Positions 18,189 through 33,730 are shown, numbered from the stretch's first letter. The stretch: DNA of 64,000 nucleotides from Escherichia coli (GCF_003334355.1 NZ_QOWP01000002.1), one strand, 5' to 3'. A program made the numbers and translations. The notes: a model not told the origin generated them from the sequence alone.

Positions 18189-18192
18189 ACGA

Positions 18193-18843
18193 TTACATGG
18201 CGTAGTAATACGCTTTCACCTGCTCCCAGTCCGCTTTGGGGATTGGCTCCAGATATTTTTCCAGCTGGCGGAAGTCATGATTAATCGCTTTATCGCGACG
18301 CAAGCGGCGACGACTTTTCTCCAGGTCAAGAAAACCAGCTTCTGCCTTACCTTCTGTTTTCACATAGATATGGCGAACATAACAACAGCCATGCTGACGA
18401 TTAATGCTATGCATTTTCTTAAACGCCAGCGCCACTGCTTTCAACATGGCTTGCCGTACTTCGTCAGAATAAGGCGATACTGCATGCTGGGCATACCAGT
18501 CAGCAATGCTGATGAACCCCGCCATATCTTCAGTCACCAGCAACGCACGCCATTCACCCTCAATTTTCACCGCTTCACCAAAAACGATCTTCGGCACGAT
18601 GACACCGGCCCGCTCCAGTTCTTTAATTACCGCAACCTCACGGACAATCGTCGGTCGGCCGAACGGATAACGTACGGAATGAAACAGATGATGCGTCATG
18701 CGCTTTACATACAGCTTTTTGCCGTTGCGCTCGACGCATTGCACCCCGCTCATACCATTACGGCGATAGTTAGGCTCTTCAACCCAGTCGCCCTCTGTTG
18801 CCCACCAGTGATTAAATTCGTCGTACTTTGCTGAAACTGCCAT
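18193..18843 (-). CDS. inaA: Acid-inducible Kdo/WaaP-family kinase-like protein
   Basis: 216-aa ORF beginning MAVSAKYDEFNHWWATEGDWVEEPNYRRNG. Confidence 0.88.
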   Translation of the reverse strand: MAVSAKYDEFNHWWATEGDWVEEPNYRRNGMSGVQCVERNGKKLYVKRMTHHLFHSVRYPFGRPTIVREVAVIKELERAGVIVPKIVFGEAVKIEGEWRALLVTEDMAGFISIADWYAQHAVSPYSDEVRQAMLKAVALAFKKMHSINRQHGCCYVRHIYVKTEGKAEAGFLDLEKSRRRLRRDKAINHDFRQLEKYLEPIPKADWEQVKAYYYAM

Positions 18844-19057
18844 ACCCTATCGCCTGTCGTTTTTATTAACGACAATGACTATAGGTGGTTACCTGAGGAA
18901 AATCTTAATGAAACGTGTCGTATTAATGAATTTCTTTTGCCACTACTAGCTTGACACCGCTTTTACCCTTCATTTGCAGCGCATAGATTCCACCAGCCAC
19001 TACCACTAATAGTGCGCCCAGCAGATAAAATGTGAATTTAATCAGGCGGATACAGCG

Positions 19058-19264
19058 ATGAATTTTATTCGACAGGGATTAGGCATCGCCTTACAACCAG
19101 AGTTAACGCTGAAACGCATTGCAGGTGAATTGTGTTCCGTTCCTCTCGAACCAACTTTCTATCGACAGATTTCGTTGCTGGCTAAAGAAAAGCCGGTAGA
19201 AGGCAGTCCACTGTTTTTACTACAAATGTGCATGGAACAATTAGTGGCGATTGGAAAAATTTGA
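19058..19264 (+). pseudogene. yfaH: Remnant of a LysR-family regulator (C-terminal substrate-binding fragment only)
   Basis: 68-aa ORF MNFIRQGLGIALQPELTLKRIAGELCSVPLEPTFYRQISLL resembles the end of a LysR effector-binding domain; no N-terminal HTH portion upstream. Confidence 0.6.
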
Positions 19265-19305
19265 TATGAGACAGGATGGCGCATGAACGCCATCCTGCAG
19301 TAACA

Positions 19306-20382
19306 TTACTCTTTATTAAGAAATTTTACTGCCTTATCAGGGAAATCAGTAAACAACCCATTTACACCCGCTTTGTTATACAGAGCATCATATAACTGAT
19401 TCACATCAGTTGTGTATTCAGGCAGTTTATCTGACCGCACGGTATAAGGATGCACTACCAGCTTGTTCTGCTGAGCATCTTGCACCATGCCAGTGAGTTT
19501 GATATTACCCGGCTGCGATGTCTCCTCAATCAACATATGGTAATCCGGACCAATACCATCTGCATATTCCGCCACCTGTTTCATGGCACCCGGCTTAAAC
19601 ATCCAGTCGTAGTTGTAATTAACCCAGCTTCCGTCCGGCTGTTTCTGCTGCGTTTCATTCCAGTCGGTATAGGCAATCAGCTGTACCAAATTGAGCTCCA
19701 TGCCCATTTTGGGTTCCAGCTCATTCTTAATACGCTTCAGCTCATCAGCATCAAAACATTGCAAATAAACTTTATCGTCCTTACCGGTGTAACCATATTT
19801 CTTCAGCACTTCCAGCGTTTTTGCCGCAATATCCTTCCCTTCCTGATGATGGAACCACGGCGCTTTGATTTCTGGATAGATACCGATATTTTTCCCGGTA
19901 GAGTGATTTAACCCCTGAACAAATTCAATCTCTTCTTCAAAGGTGTGCACCCGGAAGTCGGACTTACCCATTGGGAAACGCCCCGGATAAGTCTGTACTT
20001 TTTTACCGTTTTCAATATCGAAACCTTCGGTAAATTTCAGCGACTTAATTTCATCCAGCGTGAAATCTATCGCGTAGTAACGACCGTCTTTGCGCGCCCG
20101 ATCCGGGAAACGATCGGCAACATCAGTAACACGATCGAGATAATGGTCATGCAGAACAACCAGATGGTCGTCTTTGGTCATCACCAAATCCTGTTCCAGA
20201 TAATCCGCTCCCTGCGCATACGCCATCGCTTTTGCTGGCAGCGTATGCTCCGGCAAATATCCACTGGCACCGCGATGGGCGATGACTATTTTTTCGTTGC
20301 TGTCCGCCGCCATTGCACTGCTTCCCATGACTATAGTGCTCATCATGATCGCCATGCTAAGGTTTTTCAGCTTCAATTTCAT
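19306..20382 (-). CDS. glpQ: Periplasmic glycerophosphodiester phosphodiesterase
   Basis: Track ORF 19306..20439. Refined start MKLKLKNLSMAIMMSTIVMGSSAMA (signal peptide) gives 358 aa, followed by the HRGASGYLPEHT motif. Confidence 0.95.
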   Translation of the reverse strand: MKLKLKNLSMAIMMSTIVMGSSAMAADSNEKIVIAHRGASGYLPEHTLPAKAMAYAQGADYLEQDLVMTKDDHLVVLHDHYLDRVTDVADRFPDRARKDGRYYAIDFTLDEIKSLKFTEGFDIENGKKVQTYPGRFPMGKSDFRVHTFEEEIEFVQGLNHSTGKNIGIYPEIKAPWFHHQEGKDIAAKTLEVLKKYGYTGKDDKVYLQCFDADELKRIKNELEPKMGMELNLVQLIAYTDWNETQQKQPDGSWVNYNYDWMFKPGAMKQVAEYADGIGPDYHMLIEETSQPGNIKLTGMVQDAQQNKLVVHPYTVRSDKLPEYTTDVNQLYDALYNKAGVNGLFTDFPDKAVKFLNKE

Positions 20383-20386
20383 GCCA

Positions 20387-21745
20387 TTAGCCTCCGTTGC
20401 GTTCTTGCAGTAATTGTTCATGGCGACGTTTTTCGCCAATCATCACAACAATCAACAAGATAACCGCCAGAATGCTGCCGCCAATCATTACCATAAAGCC
20501 GCCATCCCAGCCGAAGAAGTCCACGGTGTAGCCAACAATCGCGCTCGCCGCCACCGAACCGCCCAGGTAACCAAACAGCCCGGTAAAGCCCGCTGCCGTA
20601 CCTGCCGCTTTTTTCGGTGCCAGTTCCAGCGCATGCAGACCGATCAGCATCACAGGACCGTAGATCAGGAAGCCGATAACAATCATACAAATCATATCGA
20701 CGGTTGGGTTACCTGCCGGGTTCATCCAGTAAACGATAGTCGCGATGGTCACCAGTGTCATAAAGAAAACGCCGGTTGCCCCACGGTTGCCACGGAAGAC
20801 TTTATCCGACATCCAGCCGCACAGCAGAGTGCCCGGAATACCTGCATATTCATAAAGGAAGTAGGCCCAGGAGGATTTATCCAGCGCGAAATGCTTAACC
20901 TCTTTCAGATAAGTCGGTGACCAGTCGAGGATGCCGTAACGCAGCAGATAAACGAACACGTTGGCGATGGCGATATACCACAGCAGTTTGTTCGGCAGTA
21001 CGTACTGCATGAAGATTTGCTTCGCCGTCAGCTCCTGTTCCGCTTTTTCGTTATAGTCGTCCGGATAATCATTTTTGTACTCTTCGATCGGCGGCAAGCC
21101 ACAGGATTGCGGGGTATCGCGCATCATCGCAAAGGCGAATAATGCCACCAGAATGGCGCAGAAAGCAGGCATATAGAGCGCCGCATGCCAGTCATTGAAC
21201 CAGGCCATCCCCAGCAGGAACAGCAGCGGCGGAATACCACCACCGACGTTGTGCGCACAGTTCCACACTGACACAATGCCGCCACGTTCTTTCTGCGACC
21301 ACCAGTGCACCATAGTACGACCACACGGCGGCCACCCCATCCCCTGGAACCAACCGCAGAGGAACAACAGTACAAACATCACCGCAATGCTCGACGTCGC
21401 CCATGGCACAAAGCCCATAAACAACATCACTGCCGCCGCCAGAATCAAACCTGCGGGCAGGAAAACGCGCGGATTCGAGCGATCCGATACCGAACCCATG
21501 ATGAATTTCGAAAATCCATAAGCAATCGAGATCCCCGAAAGGGCAAAACCTAAATCACCGCGTGAGAATCCCTGCTCAACCAGATAAGGCATAGCAAGCG
21601 CAAAGTTCTTACGAACCAAATAGTAAGCCGCATAGCCAAAGAATATCCCCAGGAAAATTTGCCAGCGCAATCGACGATAAGTCGGATCGATCTCCGCGGC
21701 AGGTAAGCGCGCTTTGTGTGGCGCTGGTTTAAAAATACTCAACAT
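20387..21745 (-). CDS. glpT: Glycerol-3-phosphate:phosphate antiporter (MFS)
   Basis: 452-aa ORF beginning [48 protein letters not shown]. Confidence 0.96.
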
Positions 21746-21852
21746 TGATAGCCTCCGTGGCCCGTGGTCTTATTTATGATTAACAGCCTGATTCAGTGAG
21801 AGAACCTGCCGTTTCTTGAGTTGCCGCGATGTTAAGAAAACATTCATAAATT

Positions 21853-21874
21853 AAATGTGAATTGCCGCACACAT
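21853..21874. promoter_or_regulatory. CRP binding site in the divergent glpTQ / glpABC control region
   Basis: aaaTGTGAattgccGCACAcat approximates the TGTGA-N6-TCACA consensus. Confidence 0.55.
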
Positions 21875-21889
21875 TATTAAATAAGATTT

Positions 21890-21985
21890 ACAAAATGTTC
21901 AAAATGACGCATAAAATCACGTTTCACTTTCGAATTATGAGCGAATATGCGCGAAATCAAACAATTCATGTTTTTACTATGGCTA
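21890..21985. promoter_or_regulatory. Tandem GlpR operator-like repeats
   Basis: Repeated ATGTTC / TTTCGAA / GCGAA half-site-like elements (atgttcaaaatgacgcat, tttcgaattatgagcgaatatgcgcgaaatc) immediately upstream of glpA. Confidence 0.45.
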
Positions 21986-22017
21986 AATGGTAAAAAACGA
22001 ACTTCAGAGGGATAACA

Positions 22018-26082
<4,065 letters not shown>

Positions 26083-26093
26083 CCGACCTTTTG

Positions 26094-26129
26094 ATGCCCG
26101 GTAAGCACATTGCTTATCGGGCATTTTTG
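26094..26129 (+). terminator. Rho-independent terminator of glpABC
   Basis: atgcccggtaagc / gcttatcgggcat forms a 13-bp stem (one G-U) with loop acatt, followed by TTTTT. Confidence 0.8.
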
Positions 26130-26275
26130 CGAGCGCGATTCCACGCACCATGTATGCGTTGCAACGCTTTGAAAATTCCTCTGAAAATGTCTCGCAAAGG
26201 CTGAAACTGACAGATGTCAAAGGCCCGGGATAGACGTAATGTCGCGTCATCATAAATATCAGGTGACGGACAACC

Positions 26276-27178
26276 ATGACCGAATCAACAACATCCTCCC
26301 CGCATGATGCGGTGTTTAAAACCTTTATGTTCACACCCGAAACCGCACGGGATTTTCTCGAAATACATTTACCAGAACCACTGCGCAAGCTTTGCAACCT
26401 GCAAACCTTACGCCTGGAACCCACTAGTTTTATTGAAAAAAGTTTACGCGCTTACTACTCGGATGTTTTGTGGTCCGTGGAAACCAGCGACGGTGACGGC
26501 TATATCTACTGCGTGATTGAACATCAAAGCTCTGCAGAAAAGAATATGGCTTTTCGGCTAATGCGCTATGCCACTGCCGCCATGCAGCGTCACCTGGATA
26601 AAGGCTATGACAGAGTTCCGCTGGTGGTGCCATTGCTGTTTTATCATGGCGAAACATCGCCCTACCCGTACTCACTTAACTGGCTGGATGAGTTTGACGA
26701 GCCGCAACTTGCCCGGCAGTTGTACACCGAAGCTTTTCCGTTGGTGGATATCACCATCGTACCTGACGATGAGATCATGCAACATCGGCGTATAGCTCTG
26801 CTGGAACTGATTCAAAAGCATATTCGCGACCGCGATTTAATCGGCATGGTCGACAGGATCACCACGCTTTTGGTTAGAGGCTTCACTAATGACAGCCAGC
26901 TACAAACACTGTTTAATTATCTGCTGCAATGCGGCGATACCTCCCGTTTCACCCGTTTTATTGAGGAGATTGCCGAACGTTCACCACTACAAAAGGAGAG
27001 ATTAATGACTATTGCTGAACGGCTACGGCAGGAAGGGCATCAAATTGGCTGGCAGGAAGGTATGCATGAACAAGCCATTAAAATTGCTTTGCGCATGCTG
27101 GAACAGGGCATTGATCGTGACCAGGTGCTCGCGGCCACCCAGCTAAGCGAAGCCGATCTGGCAGCGAATAACCACTAA
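26276..27178 (+). CDS. rpnB: Rpn-family recombination-promoting nuclease (PD-(D/E)XK, transposase_31-like)
   Basis: 300-aa ORF beginning [36 protein letters not shown]; formerly yfaD. Confidence 0.88.
   Translation: MTESTTSSPHDAVFKTFMFTPETARDFLEIHLPEPLRKLCNLQTLRLEPTSFIEKSLRAYYSDVLWSVETSDGDGYIYCVIEHQSSAEKNMAFRLMRYATAAMQRHLDKGYDRVPLVVPLLFYHGETSPYPYSLNWLDEFDEPQLARQLYTEAFPLVDITIVPDDEIMQHRRIALLELIQKHIRDRDLIGMVDRITTLLVRGFTNDSQLQTLFNYLLQCGDTSRFTRFIEEIAERSPLQKERLMTIAERLRQEGHQIGWQEGMHEQAIKIALRMLEQGIDRDQVLAATQLSEADLAANNH
27005..27178 (+). CDS. Candidate intragenic small protein (RpnS-like antitoxin), in frame with the rpnB C-terminus
   Basis: In-frame ATG at 27005 preceded by AAGGAG (26993-26998) with a 6-nt spacer. 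Would encode the 57 aa [57 protein letters not shown]. Confidence 0.45.
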   Translation: MTIAERLRQEGHQIGWQEGMHEQAIKIALRMLEQGIDRDQVLAATQLSEADLAANNH

Positions 27179-27218
27179 TTAACACAGGCCCACAGCCGAT
27201 CCCCATGGGCCTTTGATA

Positions 27219-28022
27219 TCAATAACTACCTTTTATGCGTGGCCCATTTTTGCCTGATTTAAACATCGCCAGTCGTTGATCCAGGGCATCGCTGTAGAGC
27301 ATCGTGTCAACGCCAACAGCGACAAAGTTCGCTCCCCACGCCAGGCATTGCTGCGCCATATCAGGAGCCACAGCCAGAAAACCAGCCGCTTTACCCGCAG
27401 CACGGATCCGCCGAATACTGGTTTCAATAATTCGCTGCACTTCCGGGTGCCCGGCGTTATCCGGGTAGCCCAACGACGCAGAAAGATCCGCAGGTCCAAT
27501 AAACACGCCATCAATCCCTTCGACGTCGAGGATTTCGTCCAGGTTATCCAGTGCCGTTTTACTTTCCACCTGCACCAACAGACAAAGCGAATCGTTAACT
27601 TGCGCCATGTAATTCTCAATGCGTCCCCAGCGCGCAGCCCGTGCCACACTGGCCCCGACACCACGCTCACCGTAGGGAGGATAGCGCGTGGCAGACACCA
27701 CCTGACGTGCCTGTTCGGCAGTATCGACCATCGGGATCAGTAGAGTTTGCGCGCCAATATCCAGGACTTGTTTAATCAGCGGTTTACTGCCTTCCACCGG
27801 ACGGATCACGGGTTGGCTGGCATAGGGCGCTACCGCCTGTAGCTGATGATAAAGATCCTGAATGGTGTTTGGCGCGTGCTCCCCGTCAATCAGCAACCAG
27901 TCATAACCAGAAGTGGCGGCAATTTCTGCCATATAGGCAGTCGTTGAGCTTAACCACAGACCAATTTGCACTTCGCCCTTGCGTAAACGTTCTTTAAAGG
28001 GATTGCTTAATAATGCGTTCAT
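27219..28022 (-). CDS. rhmA: 2-keto-3-deoxy-L-rhamnonate aldolase
   Basis: Track ORF 27219..28325 is over-extended. Refined ATG at 28020-28022 ([24 protein letters not shown]) gives 267 aa. Confidence 0.9.
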
Positions 28023-28039
28023 CGTGTTCCTTAACCTAT

Positions 28040-29329
28040 TTAATGATGTGCCACGTCGGTCTGCGCAACAGTGCGATTTACACGCAGAGTGAAAATAATC
28101 AGCGAACCGATGACCGCCACCGCTGCCAGCGTCAGTAATCCCGCCGCATCGCTGGCAAATAACGTTTCTGCTTTCACGCGCAGGATCGGGGCAATAAACC
28201 CGCCCACTGCACCAAACAGGTTTACAAAACCAATTCCCGCAGCCAGCGCCGTACCGGAAAGCAGTTGTGTCGGCATCGTCCAGAACACTGGCTGCACGGC
28301 AATAAACCCGATAGCTGCAACACACAGCGCTACGATCGCCATTACTGGAGAAAGCAGCCCGGACAGACCAATACCAATGCCCGCCGCCAGTAATGTCAGC
28401 GCTGCGACATTACGCCGTTCACCGGTTTTATCGGAATAGCGCGGAATAAGCCAGGTCCCAAACAAGGCCGCAACCCACGGAATGGCGGTGACCACCGACG
28501 CTGTAAAGCCCACTTTTGTTCCCAGCAATGCCGCAACCTGGGTCGGCAGGAAGAAAATTAATCCGTAAACCGCCACCTGAATGGTCAGGTAGATAATCGC
28601 TAGTTGCCAGACTCGGCCATTACGCAGCGCATCGCTCAGCCGAGAAGTCACTTTCTGTTGTTCTTCACTTGCCAGTTGATTGATAAGCAACGTTTTTTCT
28701 TGTTTACTCAGAAAACGTGCCTGCTCCGGTGTGTCATCAAGCCAAAAGAATGTGAATACCCCAGCACCGACTGCCAACAATCCTTCAATCACAAACATCC
28801 AGAACCAGCCGGGATGCCCCATAAATCCATGCATCTCCAACAGCGCGCCGGAAAGCGGTGATCCCAGTGTTAACGCCAGCGGTGCGCCCATATAGAACAG
28901 CCCCATAATGCTGGCGCGATTACGCTGCGGAAACCATTGCGAGGTGAGATAAATCATACCAGGGAAAAATCCGGCCTCCGCAGCACCAAGCAGAGTGCGA
29001 ACTATCAGAAATTTCGCTTCAGTATCGGCCCATGCCATGGCTGCCGAAAGAAATCCCCACAGCAGTGTTGTCGTACCAATCCAGGTTCTGGCCCCCAGTT
29101 TGCGCATCAAAAGATTCGCCGGAACACCCAGAAACGCATATACCACAAAGAAAATGCCTGCTCCCAGCGCATAAGCTTCATTACTCAACCCGGTATCAAT
29201 CTGGTAGGTCTGTTTGGCAAAACCGATATTCGAACGGTCGAGAAACGCCAGCACATACAGCGCCAACATAAACGGAATTAAACGCACACGGTTTTTCTTC
29301 ACCACGGCGTCAAGCAAAGCGGTGCTCAT
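28040..29329 (-). CDS. rhmT: L-rhamnonate MFS transporter
   Basis: Track ORF 28040..29368. Refined start [22 protein letters not shown] gives 429 aa. Confidence 0.9.
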
Positions 29330-29385
29330 AAAAAGCTCCTTAGAATATGTGGGCGTTACCGTTGTCACAGCAACGCCCGGAGTGA

Positions 29386-30591
29386 TTAGTGGCTGTAGGG
29401 GCGTTTCAAATTGCAGTCACGATTGAGTTCGACGCCAAAACCGGGTTTATCAAGCACTGATTTATGAATACGACCATTCACCGGAACCGGCTCATTGAGC
29501 AGAATCGGGTCAAACTGCGGACGCATCGTTGAACAATCCGGGCTGGTCATCAGGAATTCGCTGAATGGCGTATTGGTGAAGGTGATCACCGCATGGTGAG
29601 AGTAAACAGACGAACCGTGCGGCACCACCAGTTGCCCCCTGGATTTGGCGATTGCGGCAATTTCCACCAGCGTGGTTAAACCACCGCACCAGCCAACATC
29701 CGGCTGCATAATGTCGATACCGGTTTCTGAAAGCGTACGAAAAGATTGCAGTGTGCCGTGGTGCTCACCGCTGGTGACCATCATTCCGACTGGCGCGTTG
29801 CGTTTCAGTTCGCGATAACCTTCATACTGCTGTGGCGGCAGGCACTCTTCGATCCATTTCAGGTTATAGGGCGCGCAAGCGTGGGCCAGTTTGGTCGCAT
29901 AGTTCACGTCCTGACTCATCCAGCAGTCGAGCATTAACCAGAAATCCTCACCGCATTTTTCACGCATATCCGCGACCATAGCGGCATCTTTGCGGATCCC
30001 CGCATCGCCATCATGTGGCCCCCAGTGCGTCGGCATTTTGCCACCGATAAAGCCCATCTCTTTTGCCAGATCCGGACGCGCACCTGTGGCGTAGAACTGA
30101 ATCTCATCACGAACAGCGCCGCCTAAAAGTTTATAAACCGGAAGCCCGACCACTTTGCCGAACAGATCCCACAGAGCCAGATCGACACAGGAAATCGTAT
30201 TCATCACCAGGCCACCAGAGCCGGAGTAATACAGGGTGGCACTGAGCATTTGATCGTGGATCAGTTTGATATCACTGACACATTTACCCTCAATGAAACG
30301 GTTAAGATGTTTTTCGACAATAAAACAGCCCATTTCACCGGCTGTCGAAACGGCGAATCCGGTCTGGCCGTTTTCTGCTTCGACTTCAACAACCAACGTG
30401 CCAAGAACGTTAATGCCAAATGACTGGCGTGACTGCTCGTAATCGCGGTATTTACTCATCGGGGTGGCAATATGATCGTCTATCCAGTGATTCGCCCCCT
30501 GGTCGTGATAATCACCGCCGCCAGCGCCTTTTTCTGCTGTCGCACCGCCAGTAAACCAGGCGCGAACCTGTTTAATTTTTGGTAGGGTCAT
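29386..30591 (-). CDS. rhmD: L-rhamnonate dehydratase (enolase superfamily)
   Basis: Track ORF 29386..30603. Second ATG ([16 protein letters not shown]) has a GGAG Shine-Dalgarno and gives 401 aa. Confidence 0.9.
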   Translation of the reverse strand: MTLPKIKQVRAWFTGGATAEKGAGGGDYHDQGANHWIDDHIATPMSKYRDYEQSRQSFGINVLGTLVVEVEAENGQTGFAVSTAGEMGCFIVEKHLNRFIEGKCVSDIKLIHDQMLSATLYYSGSGGLVMNTISCVDLALWDLFGKVVGLPVYKLLGGAVRDEIQFYATGARPDLAKEMGFIGGKMPTHWGPHDGDAGIRKDAAMVADMREKCGEDFWLMLDCWMSQDVNYATKLAHACAPYNLKWIEECLPPQQYEGYRELKRNAPVGMMVTSGEHHGTLQSFRTLSETGIDIMQPDVGWCGGLTTLVEIAAIAKSRGQLVVPHGSSVYSHHAVITFTNTPFSEFLMTSPDCSTMRPQFDPILLNEPVPVNGRIHKSVLDKPGFGVELNRDCNLKRPYSH

Positions 30592-30605
30592 GATGTTCTC
30601 CATTG

Positions 30606-31388
30606 TTATGAGGCTTGTAAGTCAAAGGGACTTTTCCATCCCAACAGACGTGAAATATCCCTGGCGCAGGCAATGGCCTTGCCCGCCAGATAATCACGGT
30701 ATTCTTCATTGATTTGTAAGCGGGTACCGACCACCGAGATCGCAGCGGTAAGCTCGTTATTGGCGTTAAACACCGGCGCAGCGACACAACGGACATCGGC
30801 GTAATCTTCGCCGTTGTCATAGCTCCAGCCCTGACGGCGAATACGCGCCAGTTCTTCGTGAAGTTGCTGTGGATGAGTAATCGTTGTGGGTGTCGCCTGC
30901 TCCCAGACCAGCCCTTCGATAATACTTTGCTGTACCGCTGCAGGTTGCCAGGCAAGCAGGCATTTACCTATTCCGGAGCGATAAAGCGAAAGGCTTTTTC
31001 CTTCATGGGAACGCACGCTGATAGTGGCTGATGACTCCACTTTCAAAATGTAATAAGCGCTGCCGTTATCAATAATCCCCAGGTGACATAACAGCCCGGT
31101 GGTATCCATCAGTTGCGTCAAACGCGGTCGAGCCAGTTCCCGGAGATCCATCTTGCTTAACGCATGACCGGAAAGCTCCACCAGCCTGGTCCACAAACAA
31201 AAATTTTCCTGGTGATCAAGGCTAAGAAAACGCTGACGCCTGAGTTCATTAAGCAGCAAATAGGCCGTGCTTTTAGGGATTCCCAATGTGTCAATGATCG
31301 TCGCAGCACTACAGGGGCCAATGCGGGCAATCAAATTGAGAATATCAATAGCCCGTGTCAGGGCGGGAACTTTGCTTGATTCCAACAT
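30606..31388 (-). CDS. rhmR: IclR-family transcriptional regulator of the rhm operon
   Basis: 260-aa ORF; N-terminal HTH region and IclR effector domain; first gene of the minus-strand rhmRDTA cluster. Confidence 0.88.
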   Translation of the reverse strand: MLESSKVPALTRAIDILNLIARIGPCSAATIIDTLGIPKSTAYLLLNELRRQRFLSLDHQENFCLWTRLVELSGHALSKMDLRELARPRLTQLMDTTGLLCHLGIIDNGSAYYILKVESSATISVRSHEGKSLSLYRSGIGKCLLAWQPAAVQQSIIEGLVWEQATPTTITHPQQLHEELARIRRQGWSYDNGEDYADVRCVAAPVFNANNELTAAISVVGTRLQINEEYRDYLAGKAIACARDISRLLGWKSPFDLQAS

Positions 31389-31607
31389 ACTGGACTCCAG
31401 TCTTAGATACTGGAATCAGTCTCGTTGCTCAGGGGGAGTAAAATTGTGAAGCGCATCAAATCCCGCTCCTCGTCCAGCAGACTGGAGAAATTACGCACAA
31501 ATTTGTGAATCAGCGCACGGATTTTTTCTTATTGAGTACAACAGGTTGGACAAATTTTGCCGGAGGGGGAATGTGCCGGTGCAGTAAACCGGCACAGAGT
31601 GGCGGAA

Positions 31608-32810
31608 TCAGACGGATAAGGTCATGGACTCAACAACCTCAATCCAGCCATGCTCACTGGCAATGTCCTGGCCGTTTAACCAACGGCGTAGCATATTCAG
31701 TGCCATCATTGCACACACTTCCTGACGGATAGCCAGGCTGTAGCGTGTAGTGCTGAAACGCACACGCAGAGCGAAAGTGCCGTCTGGCGTGGCTAGCGCA
31801 AAGTTGAGATGCTCGTTCTCGAAACCCGAAACAGCCAGTGCCAGCCCGGCAAAATGGTTGGCCCGCCGTTCTGTAATCCAGTGCGCAGTTTGCGCCAGGG
31901 TTTCCTCCTGTGAAGGAACCACTTCACACGCCAGCAGTGGAGCACCTGCGCGAGAAAGTTGCAAAGCCAATAAACCACCGGTGAATTGCTCGCTCAACGT
32001 CAGGCTGAACTGGCGGTTTTGCAATTCGCGACTGATCTGCGCGGGCAGTCCTTCGGTGCCTTCGAAAATCACGCTCTGTCCGGCAACACGTTTAACGTCC
32101 AGCCACAGTTTTTCCATCGCCTGTTGCTCGCTTGCCGGTCCGGTGAGTTTCAGTTCGATGATCGGCATTGAGGAGCGATAGCCCATTGTTACCCCCGGCG
32201 GCAGTTGTAGAGTGTCCAGGCTTTGTGCCAGATCGCTTTCCGAACGACCAAAGGTAGTTAAACGCAGACAAACCGGCGGCTGTGGTAAAGAAAAACGCTC
32301 GCGCAGACGCGGCAGGATTTCGTGCTCGACCATCACCTTAAATTCTGACGGTACGCCGGGAGTAAAGAACATCAGGCAACGATTAAGCTGCACGGCAAAA
32401 CCACAGGCGGTGCCTACCGGGTTATTGATAAATTCAGCACTGGCAGGCAGCTCCGCTTGTTTACGGTTGCTCGGTGCCATTACTCGTCCACGTTCGTGGA
32501 AATAGCGTTCCATCTCTTTGAGCCAGGCTTCATGCAGCACCAGGCCTTCACCTTTTGCTGTCGCAGCGGCGAGTGCGCTTAAATCATCGCTGGTCGGTCC
32601 CAGCCCGCCGTTAACGATCAGCACATCGGCGTGCTGACTACGTTCGCGAAGAATGGTGACTAAGTCATCAAGGTTATCCCCCACCGTATTGCGGCGAGAT
32701 AATGGCAACCCCTGATGAAAGAAAAAATCGGCCAGCCAGGCAGCGTTAGTGTCAACGATTTGCCCGTGTAACACTTCATCCCCGGTGGATAACATTTCCA
32801 CTTTTAACAT
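31608..32810 (-). CDS. yfaY: CinA-like protein (MoCF-binding N-terminal domain)
   Basis: 400-aa ORF beginning MLKVEMLSTGDEVLHGQIVDTNAAWLADFF, typical of the CinA N-terminus. Confidence 0.85.
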   Translation of the reverse strand: MLKVEMLSTGDEVLHGQIVDTNAAWLADFFFHQGLPLSRRNTVGDNLDDLVTILRERSQHADVLIVNGGLGPTSDDLSALAAATAKGEGLVLHEAWLKEMERYFHERGRVMAPSNRKQAELPASAEFINNPVGTACGFAVQLNRCLMFFTPGVPSEFKVMVEHEILPRLRERFSLPQPPVCLRLTTFGRSESDLAQSLDTLQLPPGVTMGYRSSMPIIELKLTGPASEQQAMEKLWLDVKRVAGQSVIFEGTEGLPAQISRELQNRQFSLTLSEQFTGGLLALQLSRAGAPLLACEVVPSQEETLAQTAHWITERRANHFAGLALAVSGFENEHLNFALATPDGTFALRVRFSTTRYSLAIRQEVCAMMALNMLRRWLNGQDIASEHGWIEVVESMTLSV

Positions 32811-32909
32811 GGTTATCTCCTGCTTTTGTTATCGAATCACTATAACGCAAAGGGAGATAAGGCGTAGTAAGAAACTGAATGGCGCGACAGAATGCCGCGC
32901 CGGAAGGGA

Positions 32910-33452
32910 TCAGAAACTGGCGTTAACCCCAACATACGGGCCGTCAGCCACGGCGTTGTCGCGGTTACCGTCTTTACCCGACAGATTCAGGTAGCGATAA
33001 CCCGCCTCAATACTGACTGGACGCATAATGGTGTAACGCGCGCCAGCATTCGCTTCTTCATAACTTTGAATACCGCTGGAGAGCGAATCCGGAGAGTAGT
33101 AATACTCGCCAAACAAACGGAAGCTGTTGCCAATTTTCCACTGCAAACCACCTCCTACCGCTGCGGCATAACCTTCATCGCCGTAATTCGGGTTGGTGTA
33201 AACGCCTTTTCCGCCAACGGTCGCCATTAACGGCCCGAGAGGCAGATTCAACCCCAGCCCCACGCCAGCGACATCACCGTCGTCGTCGTTATGTGTCCAG
33301 TTACCGCTTAACGCCAGGCCCGTCGTTTCAGTCCCAAAACCGACACCAATATTGGTGTATTCTTTACCCGCCTGACCGCTGATGCTCATTGCATTGACCG
33401 ATGCAGAAACCAACAGCATTCCGGCCAGACCTGCTAGCGCAATTTTTTTCAT
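32910..33452 (-). CDS. yfaZ: Outer-membrane beta-barrel protein YfaZ
   Basis: Track ORF 32910..33473. Refined ATG at 33450-33452 (MKKIALAGLAGMLLVSASVNA signal peptide) gives 180 aa; C-terminal F. Confidence 0.85.
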   Translation of the reverse strand: MKKIALAGLAGMLLVSASVNAMSISGQAGKEYTNIGVGFGTETTGLALSGNWTHNDDDGDVAGVGLGLNLPLGPLMATVGGKGVYTNPNYGDEGYAAAVGGGLQWKIGNSFRLFGEYYYSPDSLSSGIQSYEEANAGARYTIMRPVSIEAGYRYLNLSGKDGNRDNAVADGPYVGVNASF

Positions 33453-33730
33453 TATCCCCTTTCCCACAAGCAATTAATCAAAATTCCCAAAGCTGCGGGA
33501 TTGTACTGCCTGGCACAGAGGATTCAATGAGCGAAAAAAAGGATCTAGTCACTTATTGTAACTAAATACTTCTTAAATAATTAAATGCCGAAAAAACAAA
33601 CACACTTTATCGATACACACAAAAATAATAATAAGTACAGTTATCATCGCAAAAGAGATTACTGTCACTTTCACATATTTGTGAGTTACCGTATTCTCAT
33701 GGTTTCTTTTTATTTATAAGGAATATCCCT

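Noticed and set aside
26276-27178. rpnB (transposase_31-like) as an insertion sequence or mobile element
   Set aside because: No terminal inverted repeats or target-site duplication are visible around the gene, and it sits in conserved chromosomal context. It is called as a stand-alone Rpn nuclease gene.
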